Assembly (NCBI GenBank): GCA_977016875.1
Contig: CDRNST010000056.1
Coordinates: forward strand, 2,108,001-2,172,000
DNA: 64,000 nucleotides
Source: Pavona decussata
Lineage: Eukaryota
Direction of reading: 5' to 3'
Each line of letters starts with the position of its first letter. The first letter of the stretch is position 1. Shown here piece by piece: positions 12,201 to 22,981 of this stretch. The notes under the pieces were generated by a model that was given only the letters and a program-made list of their open reading frames with translations, searched no databases and was not told the DNA's origin. The translations under genes were made by a program, and so were the position numbers.

Positions 12201-13711
12201 CTATAATTCCGGTTGTTCACAGATCCAAAAGGTAGAAGTTTTGACCCGAAGACATAAAAAAACACAGTGATTTTGTATTTGTTATTAAAAGACGCATATT
12301 TCTTCTGAGGGATTTTCTTGGACGCCAAAAGTCATTTGTGGAATTAATAATCATTGACATTGCTTTCGCTGAATATCTAAACGAAATGTATTTTTTATTT
12401 ATTTATTTTTTTATTTATTTTTATTTTGCGATACATCGCATGCATCGCATGAACGTTTCTCTTGCGTAATTTTGTTTTACTTATATCTTTTGTTTGACTG
12501 TCAGTGGAGTTAGCTAACCGTGGCCTACGAAGCCTTGCATTCGAATTGCAGGTACAAACAGATGTGTGAATTGACTTTTTTTTTTTAAATTATTTATGCA
12601 GTGTTACCAAAGTTAAAATTGCCACAAACCCGTATACTGGCTCATATTAATACTGAATCGTGCTTGCAAAACACTTCTGCTTTCAAATGTCAGCGCGTCA
12701 TCTTAAAAGAAGATGTTGCAGAGAGAATAGTTTTGTTTACCTTTTGTTTAAAACGCAAAAAACGGAAAAAAACAAAACAAAAAAACTTGCAAATACCCAG
12801 TAATCAATGGCCCTACAGTAGAAAAGTGTATCACTTTTTCTCGAGTATACAAATTTGCATCCTGTTTGAAGTCAGATCAACAGAAGGCGACCAAATCATC
12901 TCCGCGCATTTTTCGAGAAGTTATTTCTTTGTACGTCTTTGAATGGTTTCAAAAATGAAATCGATAAAATGAATATCGCTTACGTTTAAAATCAGTGTTT
13001 TACCACAGTTTTCACCTTGCAATTCTGGCCATTGTCTCCTTCGTCCATTCATTCATTTATTTTCCTTGGAGGCAAATATAATTGGACAGCTAAACTCAGA
13101 AAGCGTATAAATTGTCGAACTAAGTAATTAAAAACGCGGTCAGTGGAGTTTTTTTTAATTATTTTGGACACGTAAAAATGAAAACACACTTGTGTGTTAT
13201 ACAAAAAGTAGTAATTCGCCGATTCCAAGAGGACGAAGCCTGTTTCTTAAGAGCGAGGAATCGCCGACAAAATGATATCGTTTTGTCATGGTTCAAGATT
13301 TAGTAGGGATTTTTGATCAGGCAGTTTATATTAATGAAAGCATAATAAGTAAAAGGAGCCATGTTTTTGTTTTTTGGGGGTTTGGAAAAAGAGAATATTT
13401 CTAGTTTTATAATTAATAAGCGAAAAGTGAAGATGAACAAACGTATTCATTCATAAACGAATTCATTTTCCATGACAAAAACTGTAAGATCGTCGACTTA
13501 GGACTAACAGATTAGCATCGAAGCCAAGCAAACGTTTACCTTCATTTCTTGGAATATTGTAGCCAACGCATGAGCCTAAAATAAAAACGATGGGTTTACC
13601 CATGCTCGATAACGTGGTATTTTGCATAAATGGTCACTAAAATATTCCTAATTTTTCAACCACAACATGGCGATTTCATTTATACCATCTACTGACGTTC
13701 CACAATTTACC

Positions 13712-13820
13712 TGACTCTAATGACGACTTCCACTCAGGTTGTCGAAACGTCGGTCAATGTCACCCAAACAGTCCTTCTCAGGGCTACACTCACCCGGATG
13801 GTCATAAGTTACCTACGCAC
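13712..13820 (+). mobile_element. Penelope-like element remnant with degenerate minimal hammerhead motif
   Basis: tgact-CTAATGA-c-gac...gtc-GAAAC-GTC-ggtca; the core differs from CTGANGA at one position. Confidence 0.6.
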
Positions 13821-14279
13821 TATTTTTATATTGCAAATTACAGCAACACAAAAAAAGTTCCGGCCAATACCTTTCGTTACAACGGTCGCACTTTACGGTT
13901 TCTTTCGCACTCAAAAACGTTCAGAGTTTCAGATCCTCGTCACGTGCCCCGTTGAGTGAGTTTTAAAAATTATGGTAGTAACATGATCCAGGTATAATTA
14001 TAAGGTGACAAGTGAACGTTTTAGGGCCGAAACTTTGTATATTTACTGTGTTACTCATTCAGGAATATATTGTGTCGAAAGCAAAACTGTAGCTGAGGAA
14101 TAGTTATTGTAGCACTACGAAAAGTAGTTTTTTTTTTGTTTCTTTGGGTTTTAATAAGAAGCCCTCAGTGGAAGTTTTTATGTTACTTTGCACCGTGAGT
14201 GTTAATTAGACATGTACGTTTGGCATCCCCCTTCCCCCCCCCCCCACCACCCACACTGAAAAACCCAGATATTAAAAGA

Positions 14280-14880
14280 AAGCAGCAAAAACAACAACTA
14301 CTACAATAACAGCGACAACAACAAGAACAACAAAAACAACAAACACTCTTCAAATTCTTCCAAGTGACTGAACAGTGGTTTCTTGTGTTGTTGTAGTGTT
14401 GGTTGTGGTTGTTGCTATGGTTGCGGTTGTTGTGGTTTTTGCTGTTGTTGTTGCTATGGTTGTTGTCGTCCTAGCGTTCTTTGTAGTTGCTATTGTCTTT
14501 GCTATTGTTGTCCCGTCCCTCGTCAACAACAACGACAACAACAAAAACAGCAAATGGTATTCAAATTAAACAAAGTGACTGGATAGTAGTTTCTTGTGTT
14601 GTTGTTGTTGTTGTGGTTGTTGGTATGGTTGTTGTTGTCGTCCTTGATTTCTTTGTAGTTGCTATTGTCTTTGCTATTGTTGTCCCGTCACTCGTCAACA
14701 ACAACGAAAACAGCACATGGTATTCAAATTAACAAAGAGACTGAATAGTAGTTCCTTGTGTTGTTGTTGTTGTTGTTGTTGCTTTCGTGGTTGTTGTGGT
14801 ACTTGGTATTGTTGTGGTTGTTGCTATGGTTGTTGTTGTAAAACCTTGACTTCTTTGTTGTTGCTATTGTCGTCGATGTT
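14280..14880. repeat. Degenerate (CAA)n/(GTT)n low-complexity region with ~160-210 bp tandem duplication
   Basis: The block caaagtgactg...ttcttgtgttgttg recurs at ~14361, 14571 and 14733. Confidence 0.85.
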
Positions 14881-15008
14881 GACGTCCCGGTTGCTGTTTT
14901 GCATAATCAGTCGATTATTTTCGTTACCTAAACTTTCCCTCAATCTATCAAGTTTTGGAATAGTCTGCCTTATAACCTTAAGTGCATTCAAGAATTTTTA
15001 CAGTCCAG

Positions 15009-15246
15009 GGCTCAGTTGTTCGAAGCCCGATTAAGCCAATCCTGGATTAACGTGAACTTTGATTCGAGTTTAATTACTAATCGCTAAAGATTATTCCAAA
15101 AGATTTTTGTCCCTCAGTTTTGGCTTAGACTTTTCTTTACTTAAGCTTGAAATTAGCCTTTAAAACCACTTTTAAAGAGCGATATGAAAACCTCGGTTAA
15201 CTTTTAATCATAGATTAGCGTTAATCGGCTTTCGAACAACCCGGCC
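15009..15246. mobile_element. Harbinger-like MITE
   Basis: TIRs ggctcagttgttcgaag / ctttcgaacaacccggcc; CAG TSD. Confidence 0.75.
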
Positions 15247-15336
15247 CAGAAGTCAAGAGAGAAGTTGTCTTAACCATCCGCCTTGGTGTTTCTTTGAAAT
15301 TATGTAACTATGAAAATTTTTCTCTTTATCATCCAA

Positions 15337-15473
15337 ATAGCCGAATTACGATATATTAAAATTCAACCTGAAACAATAAACATCTCTGCGAGGCACTCTA
15401 CAATTTATTCCCCGGAGCCTCGCAATGATGTTTATTGTTTCAGGAGGAATTTCAATATATCGAAATTGGGCTA

Positions 15474-15475
<2 letters not shown>
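15337..15475. mobile_element. Short MITE followed by a (CAT)n microsatellite
   Basis: TIRs aatagccgaattacgatatatt / aatatatcgaaattgggctatt. Confidence 0.65.
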
Positions 15476-15507
<32 letters not shown>

Positions 15508-15854
15508 AGAACTTGTTGTTTCAGCAGTCAATTGGCCTCTACGTCACTTGTTGGTATCAACACGCCAGCTAACGACTGTTTACAAACATTCTTTCTTTAA
15601 AGCAAGAGTTCGTTCTTTCATAGCCAAGATTCCTCTGGTTTGTACATTTATATCAACACTTGGTATTAAGAAACTTTCAAATCCCCGAATTTTGCGTAGT
15701 ATTGTATAACTTGGTTTCGTTTCCAATTGGAAAACTACTATCGACTCATCGTTTTTGCAAAGTGCGCTTAAAACCGTCAGAATTTGTCTGCGTAGCGTTG
15801 AGGTGATATTGCAAATGTATCATGTTTTAACACAACTTAATTCTGTCCAACGTC

Positions 15855-15897
15855 CAACCTCGTTCCAGGGTCCTCTCTCTTCCTGGGAACGAGGTTG
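15855..15897. mobile_element. 43-bp mini-MITE
   Basis: caacctcgttccaggg...cctgggaacgaggttg with 9-bp TSD tccaacgtc/tccaccgtc. Confidence 0.7.
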
Positions 15898-15949
15898 TCC
15901 ACCGTCTGAGCGGTAATGCTTACGTGAGCTCAGTATAAGGTCTTTAATT

Positions 15950-16252
15950 AACAATTAGACGGCGAGCTCGAGGTTTCTATCGGCTGATAGTTGGCGAGGG
16001 GCGAAGCCCCGAGCCAACTATCAAAGGCGATAGAAACCGAGAGCGAGCCGTCTAATTGTTTTAGCATACCTCAGTGATCGATCTATGAAGCAAAAAATTC
16101 TTTTTATTTCATAAATTTTGATATATTTGTGCAATGATGCATGCTAAATCGCGCGCGCTCTGACAAACTGCCGTCTATCGATCGATAGACGGCACCTGTG
16201 TAGCCAATCAGATTGCGCGTTACGCGATAGTCGGTCGCTGAGGTATGCTAAA
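15950..16252. mobile_element. Hairpin-capped palindromic element
   Basis: ~110-bp palindrome aacaattagacggc...gccgtctaattgtt, then a second inverted repeat tttagcatacctcag / ctgaggtatgctaaa. Confidence 0.75.
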
Positions 16253-17249
16253 TATTGTTTGGGTAGAGAGCGAAACAAGAACAGAACTTTGAACTGTTTA
16301 GTGAAATTATCACAACATACATTTACATACTGTTTACTGCTGTTAAACGTGCGAAATTATTTGTTGTGAGTTCGCGGTACGAAATTTTATTTTTACAATC
16401 ATCTTAATTCACACTGGTGACTATTTATCAGAAATTATTTTATATTCTTGGTTTGCAGTAGCTTTAATTTTGAAGTAATACAAAGTTTTGCGTATAGTTT
16501 CAAATTTCCAAGTGTAATTACATTCAAATCGAGTGATGTAGAAAGTAAGAGGAAATTAGTCCTTTAGAAATGTTCCTTGGTATTTAACGGGGAAGCCAGG
16601 AGTTCCACTATATTGCAGTCGTATGCTGCGTCGTCGTTGTAAGGAGACTGGTTCGGACTTGCGCACGTGCGCATGCCTTGAGATCACATTCAGGTCTTGT
16701 TCGGTTAAGGTTTTATTTCGACTACTTGCCTGGTGGCATAGCGAGCGAGCGAGCGAGCGGGCGTATTTCTTACAGTGAACTACAATCATCTCCAAAACTC
16801 TTGGGAAGATTGCTGAGTTTTGTCTTGCCTTCTCATTCCTCCCCTCCTCTGTACCAATGTTGAGTTTCAACTGTTAATCTTTACGTATTATTCTTCTTGG
16901 GGAATCCAACATTGAACAGGGGTTGGGGGAAACGACAGTCAAATGCTTAAACAAACGCAACCAATAAAAATTGCTATACCGGGCTTGTTTTCTAACCTTC
17001 CCAACAGAAATTGGCGATGAGTGTAGGTTTCTTTTTCTCGTAATCTCTGATTTTTTTTCAATACTGTGAGGAGAATCTCTCTGTCCATCAATCCGAAAAA
17101 GCTTCTTCCCAATCGCGAACAGCTTTGTTTGTTTCTTGAAAGTCTGTAGCCATAAGATGGTAAACTTTTATTAAATTTGGTAACTGATAGCTGATAAATG
17201 GCTAAACAACGGTCTGCCTTATCAAGTGAGCGACTAGTTTGAGGACTGA

Positions 17250-17990
17250 AGATGAAGTCCCAAAATGCGACCATTTAAGCGAAAGCTACTGAGCAGTACT
17301 TTCCGGTGGTGCTTTTTATTATGCTGTACAAGATAGCTCTCTCTTTAGAGTCGGGATAAAATCCTTAAGTTCCATTCCAATGAAAGCTACTGAGCAGTGC
17401 TGTTTATTACGTTGTACAAGGTAGTTCTAACTTTGGATTCTGAAAGAAGTCCCAACGTGTTACCATTCAAATTAAAGCTACTGAGCCGTACTTTCCTGTG
17501 GTGCTGTTATGATTATCCTGAACAAGATGGTTCTTTCTTTGAACTCCGTGGATGAAATCCTCTAGTGTGACCATTCAAGTGAAGGCTATTGAATAGTACT
17601 GTGCTGTGAGGCTATTTATTTAACAATTATTTACCGACACCAAGGTGAATAATTGTTTTTCGTGTATACCGAATCAGTAGATATCCATCCCCAATTAGTC
17701 GTATTATTTCCGAAAAATTGAAGAAAAACCGCGCGCGCAAAATCCAGCACAATGATTGAAGGGTGAAAGTTTCATTAACCAATCAGAGTGCGTACTGGTT
17801 TGGTTTGTACTAATGTAGGGTTTTTACAAAACTAGGGTGATTTTGGCTTTTGTGTCGTAATGAAATCCTTCAATGAGACCACTGGAATGAAAGCTACTGA
17901 GTAGCACTTTCCTATTATGTACTGCAAAGTGGTTTTTTAAACTAAACTGGAGCACTCCTCAAGTGTAACCATGCATTCGACTGAAGGCTG
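17250..17990 (+). repeat. Decayed array of the 106-bp satellite, interrupted at ~17620-17830
   Basis: gaaagctactgagcagtacttt...gtgctgtttattatgctgtacaag units. Confidence 0.8.
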
Positions 17991-20042
17991 TTTAGAAGGA
18001 GTTTGTAATAGTGATGGTTTTTTTATTTTGCAAAATCAAATTTATGTTTTGTTCTATTTTCGAACCTGCATGAGGTTTCTTAATTAGGAAGACAGTATTC
18101 ACGGCAGTTGTTTTTTGTTTCATTTTAGGCATATCAATCGAAAGCATTTTATAGCTGTACATCCTAAAGTCGATCCATTATCGGACAAAAACAAATGTTC
18201 TACTCTTTTGTACAAAGAATTCTCGATTGTAGCATTTGAACTGAAATTAATCGCTTTTATTGTAACAAGTCAATCCAGGTGTGCAGTTGGCAGTTGGAAT
18301 TAACTAGAATTCATCACACTTGCCACTGATTTATTGAAAATTCCATTTTAAAACATCAATTTCGACGGCAAATATTGTAATTGTTACCTTTGTGTGGTAT
18401 TCTTGACAACGGGCCGCAACTGCCCAAGGTTGGCGCCAAAAACACCCAGTCATTAAAGATTTGCGTTTTAATTATTGCGCCCGCAAACACCTGCTAAGAT
18501 TAGCATAAAAACAAGCGAATTTATATGCACGGATTTCCTACAAAGATCGCAGTTAGTTCAGATATTTGGCTTACGGGTTTAATTTTTGGCCATTTAAGGT
18601 TTTCATAGACGTTTTGTTGAGAAAGTGCGATCAAAGGAAGTTGTTGTTCTTGGAGAATTGGCATGTCGTGGCAATTTGTCTCGAGGGGAAGATCGACAAT
18701 CTTGTTAGAAATCAAAAATACGTCATCGCGGGTAGGAAATTCAAAAACATCACCGTCGCGAGAAAGAAAGATGTTTAAAAATGAATACTGTCTAGAATAT
18801 TTTTTATTCCGCACCCTTTTATGGCAAAAGCCAGCCTTTGAAGTCATTTATTTCATCGTTAAACGGTTCGCATGTGCCAGTATCATTAGTGTGATCGCAG
18901 CCATTTTACGCCAAAAACCCGCAAATTTGCAAGGAAAACTCAGTTTTGAGATGGCAAACAAAGTGAGTACCCCAGACCAAATTGTTACTCCTTTTTGCTA
19001 CAGTAGCTTTCAACACGTTGCTTTTAGCTTTACCATTTATAAAGGTTTATTTTTTCATTTTGGGGCGTTTCGCTTCGCGACAAATTAATTGCAAAATGTA
19101 TGATTTAAAGAAAATCAGGGACCCCCATCGCTAGGCAATTTAAGGCTTGAAAAGGCAAATACTGAGCTACGTACGGCGAATAGAACAAAGACATCTATAA
19201 TGGGGCAGTGTTTAGAAGAAAAGGCAATCCCATTAAGACCAATGTGGTATTCTTTGCTTTAAGCCCGATGTAATTTCTATGCTTTGATTTCAGATGAACA
19301 CGCGGGTATGGTGAAAAGTACGCACGCCACAAATAGTCAAGCATTGAACTAACGGATGCGAATTTCTATTCTACAGGGTTTTGTGAGGGATTAAAGTTGG
19401 ACCTAGGATTGTTGAAAGCTTCTAGGAATCGCACAACTATAGCAATTACTAAAATCATATGCATCGGTAGTAACAACAAGCATTAATTACAATCTAACGT
19501 ATTATTCGCATCCAACGGTAGAGTTTTTACGATCAAGGATGGAAGCGAAAGTCAAAGTTTCATCTCAGAGATTTTGAGGTACTTCCCGCCATGGAATGGT
19601 AATGCTTTAAAGTGTCACCTTTAGAAACATCTGGGAAATCAAAGGTACGGTTTTGTTCGTTCAAATCTAAAAAGGACAGAAAGAATTAGTGATCTTTGTT
19701 GCAGAAAACAGTGAAACTGTTTCATGCTGTGGGCTTTAATAATTTAAAAGTTTCGTTTTTGACTTCAGTGCAATCAAAGGAAGATTTAAAGCGACTTACT
19801 TCACAGGATTATAGAGCATTGGTCGAGAGCGTGAAAGCTGGTGTCAACTGATTTTGAAAAAACGAGGGGAAAATGGCGTTTGAGACTGCTGTCACAAAAT
19901 TGCATCCGGGAATTTGCAATTAATCACACACGTTGTGAGGAGAGTTTGGAATTTCTCAACTCAAGCAAGTGGTTAAGTTACAGAAAACAGCTTTTATAAG
20001 TGAAAAGGTCGTTTGTCTTCTGCTTCGAAGCTTTCTTGGCTT

Positions 20043-21126
20043 ATGGCAATGGCTGTGGCGACTGCAGTGACACTTAGTTATCGGCGCTCGCGCACCTCGT
20101 CACGTGAATGGTCCATCTCGAATATTGTGCCGGTCAATGTGGATAAGATATCGACACTAGTTACGATAAACATTGGCGGGAAAAAATACGAGACTTATGA
20201 GCAAACGCTTAACCAGTTTCCCAACACGTTGCTGGGAAGCGCTGAAAAGCGAAAACAATACTTTGACGAGAGAAAGAACGAGTACTTTTTCGATCGTCAC
20301 CGCGGTGCCTTTACTGCCATCCTATACTACTATCAGTCGGGTGGATTGATAGAACGGCCGACTCACGTGCCACTGAGCATCTTTGTCGAGGAACTGAACT
20401 TCTTTCAGCTAACAGATGAAATTCAGAGACAGAACGAAGAAACAGCGCTTGCTGAAGAAGGAGAAGATGGCACAGACGAGGGAAGTGAGGAAGAGGAACT
20501 CCCAAAAAATAAATTCCTACGGAAGATTTGGGTTTTGTTCGAGTTTCCTAACTCGTCCTTACCTGCCAAGTGCCTCGCAGTGTTCTCCCTGATAATAATT
20601 CTGCTCTCAATTGTGATTTTCTGCGTGGAAACGTTGCCTTCCTTAAAGGATTCAGGCCATTTGTTCTTCGTAATGAACGCGATCTGCAGTTCGTGGTTCA
20701 CGTTCGAGTACGTTGTCCGCCTCATCGCTTCTCCGAACAAGGTTAAATTCCTCAAAGGAATCCTGAACATCCTCGACCTGCTCTCCATCCTGCCGTTCTA
20801 CGTCACCGTCAGCGTGTCTAGTGAGTCGGCGGGCAGCATTGGCATTCTCCGCGTGATGAGGGTCATCCGGGTCTGTCGGATCTTCAAGTTGACGCGCCAC
20901 TCTAAAGGCCTGCACATCTTAGGGAACACGCTCATGGCCAGCATAAACGAGCTGATCATGTTGATGCTGTTCTTGGTGATTGGTGTGGTGTTATTCGCGA
21001 GCGCCGCTTATTACGCCGAGGAAGAAAAGAATGAAAAATTCGACAGCATCCCGGCCGCCTTCTGGTGGGCGGTGGTTACTATGACAACCGTGGGCTATGG
21101 TGACGTCTCGCCTGAAACTACTGTGG
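20043..21126 (+). CDS. Kv1 channel coding exon 1 (N-terminus, T1, S1-S5, pore)
   Basis: Similarity to Shaker ends at donor GTG G|gtaagt (21127). Confidence 0.93.
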
Positions 21127-22437
21127 GTAAGTTGATCTTGGATTTTGTTATTCTTCCACCTTACCTCAGAGGGTGCTACGTAAAAATAGGTACGATTTCA
21201 TCCTGTACCCTCTTTGTGGGTCTGTATCAGCAACGAATTGTAAGGTGGCCTGCTCCTATTTATAGGAGCGTTGGCAGCATTTCTTAACCGAAATTTGAAA
21301 TTGGATTGTATTTTCAACAATTTAACGCTGATTTATTTAAAGAGTGGAGGTTTTCTTTAACCAATTCAAGGCAGCGCAACCTTCCTAATATAACAGCCTA
21401 GGATATAGGGTTAGGATACTTCAGACGTCAAATAAGTTCCCGAAACTTACGACTTTAAACCCCTCCCTCCCTCCCTCCCCTACTAACCCCCCAAAATACA
21501 TCCCTCTCCAAATCTTAGGCGCAAACATCCTTGCTGTAATAAGCCTCTAAGATGTAAGTTGATTGGCTGTTAAGATCAGTTGCTTTTAGCTGTCTTGGTC
21601 TGTTCTTCACCTCTCCCTTTACCTCTTCCTCCCCTTACCCCTCCCTAGCCTTTACAAGCTATCTCATCAGTTTTCAGGCAAACTTGTCGGAACGTTGCGC
21701 ACCCTCTCAGGTGTGCTCTCAACAGTGTCACCTGTATCCTTGAGCTTCCGTGCCCTCACCCCTCCCTTCACCTCTTCCTTTCCTCAACCCCTCCTTATAG
21801 AACACCGCCTTTACAAGCTATCTCATCAGTTTTCAGGTTAATATTGTCGTAACGTTGTGCGCCCTTTCATTTGTGCTTGCAACAGTGTCACCTGTATACT
21901 TAAGCTCTCGTGCGCCCCCCCCCCCCCCCCTTTCTCCTTCCCCTACCCCTCACAGGAACACCGCCTTAACTAACTGTCTCATTTTCAGGTAAATTTGTCG
22001 GAGCTTTGTGCGCCCTCTCGGGTGTGCTCGCAATCGCTCTTCCTGTACCGGTGATCGTGTCTAACTTCGAGTACTACTACAAACTAGAACTGAGTAAACG
22101 GGAGAATGTTAAGGCGGCGAGCGCAGCGACCTACCAAAACCTCGATAACCTTGTTCTCAAGTCACCCTTGATCGAGCGAAAGATGATGGAGGCAGGTCAA
22201 ACCGGTTCGCCCTTGCAAACCCACACACACCGCGGCAAGCTTGATGTTCCCGTGGGTTTGTTCTCGAGTCCTGTCATCGGGCATCGAAACGCTAATGGCG
22301 CGATGAAGTTTGGACATGACCCTATCGTCGAGGCTGATGAGATGAGTTTCTCGAGCGGTGGAGGCTCTAAGCCGTCGACTCCTAAACCAAGAAAGAAACA
22401 ACATCCTGTGCATCCCACCTCTGAAACCATCTTGTGA
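20043..22437 (+). CDS. Voltage-gated potassium channel, Shaker/Kv1 (KCNA-like) subfamily: join(20043..21126,21989..22437), 510 aa
   Basis: In-frame TGA at 20001 precedes ATG 20043. T1 domain [22 protein letters not shown]...[13 protein letters not shown] (Kv1 type), S4 [22 protein letters not shown], pore [16 protein letters not shown], phase-1 intron G|gtaagt...ttttcag|GT, S6 [27 protein letters not shown]. Confidence 0.95.
21606..22050 (+). repeat. Three tandem 152-159 bp copies of the Kv intron 3' end plus first ~60 nt of exon 2 (two decayed pseudo-exon copies)
   Basis: ttttcag|gcaaacttgtcggaacgttgcgcaccctctcaggtgtgctc (21678), tttcag|gttaatattgtcgtaacgttgtgcgccctttcatttgtgcttgcaa (21837) and ttttcag|gtaaatttgtcggagctttgtgcgccctctcgggtgtgctcgcaa (21989), each preceded by a C/T-rich tract. 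Confidence 0.9.
21989..22437 (+). CDS. Kv1 channel coding exon 2 (S6 and C-terminal tail)
   Basis: Intact PVP gate; ends PTSETIL*. Confidence 0.93.
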
Positions 22438-22533
22438 ATCTGCGCCCTCGAGCGGACGCCACCAGATTCTATTACGACGCCTTGGAAGGGAAAAGCTTGG
22501 TCACTCACTTCGGGTATCACTTCGTGCAGTTGT

Positions 22534-22981
22534 TAATCTCGTACCCAGAGTCCTCAGGCTCATTGTCCAGCGGTTGGGCGCCAGGAGAGACTCTGGGATA
22601 CCAATCTCGCACCCAGAGTCTTCAGGCTTTTTGGTCAGCGGGGCAACACCGGGAAGACTCTGGGGACATCGAATTTTATTACCGCAGCATTTCCGCGGTA
22701 AAACAATGGAAACCGTTACGGAACAGCCAATCAAAAAATTTGAAGTTTTTCGATGTCCCCAGAGTCTTCCCGGCGTTGCCCCGCTGACCAAAAAGCCTGA
22801 AGACTCTGGGTACGAGATTGCTGGGATACTGGAATTTTATTGCTGCAGGATTTCTGCGGTAAAACAATGCAAGCCGTTACGGGGAAGCCAAAAAAAGAAT
22901 AAATTTTTTTCGAATTCCTTAGAGTCTCTCCTGGCGACCAACCGCTGGCCAAAGAGCCTGAGGACTCTGGGTACGAGATTG
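22534..22981. mobile_element. CAATCTCG-family MITE containing a nested copy of the same family (22602-22820)
   Basis: Outer TSD tgcagttgt (22525-22533, 22982-22990); inner TSD ctgggatac (22593-22601, 22821-22829); both are perfect 9-mers. Confidence 0.95.

Noticed and set aside
14350-15034. Thr-rich, Val-rich and Cys-rich ORFs (mucin-, TM- or metallothionein-like)
   Set aside because: All are alternative frames of the same degenerate (GTT)n/(CAA)n repeat, with no supporting gene structure.
21127-21287. C-terminal part of the 424-aa Kv ORF ([11 protein letters not shown]...)
   Set aside because: Read-through into the intron after a consensus G|gtaagt donor; the real S6 is in the exon at 21989.
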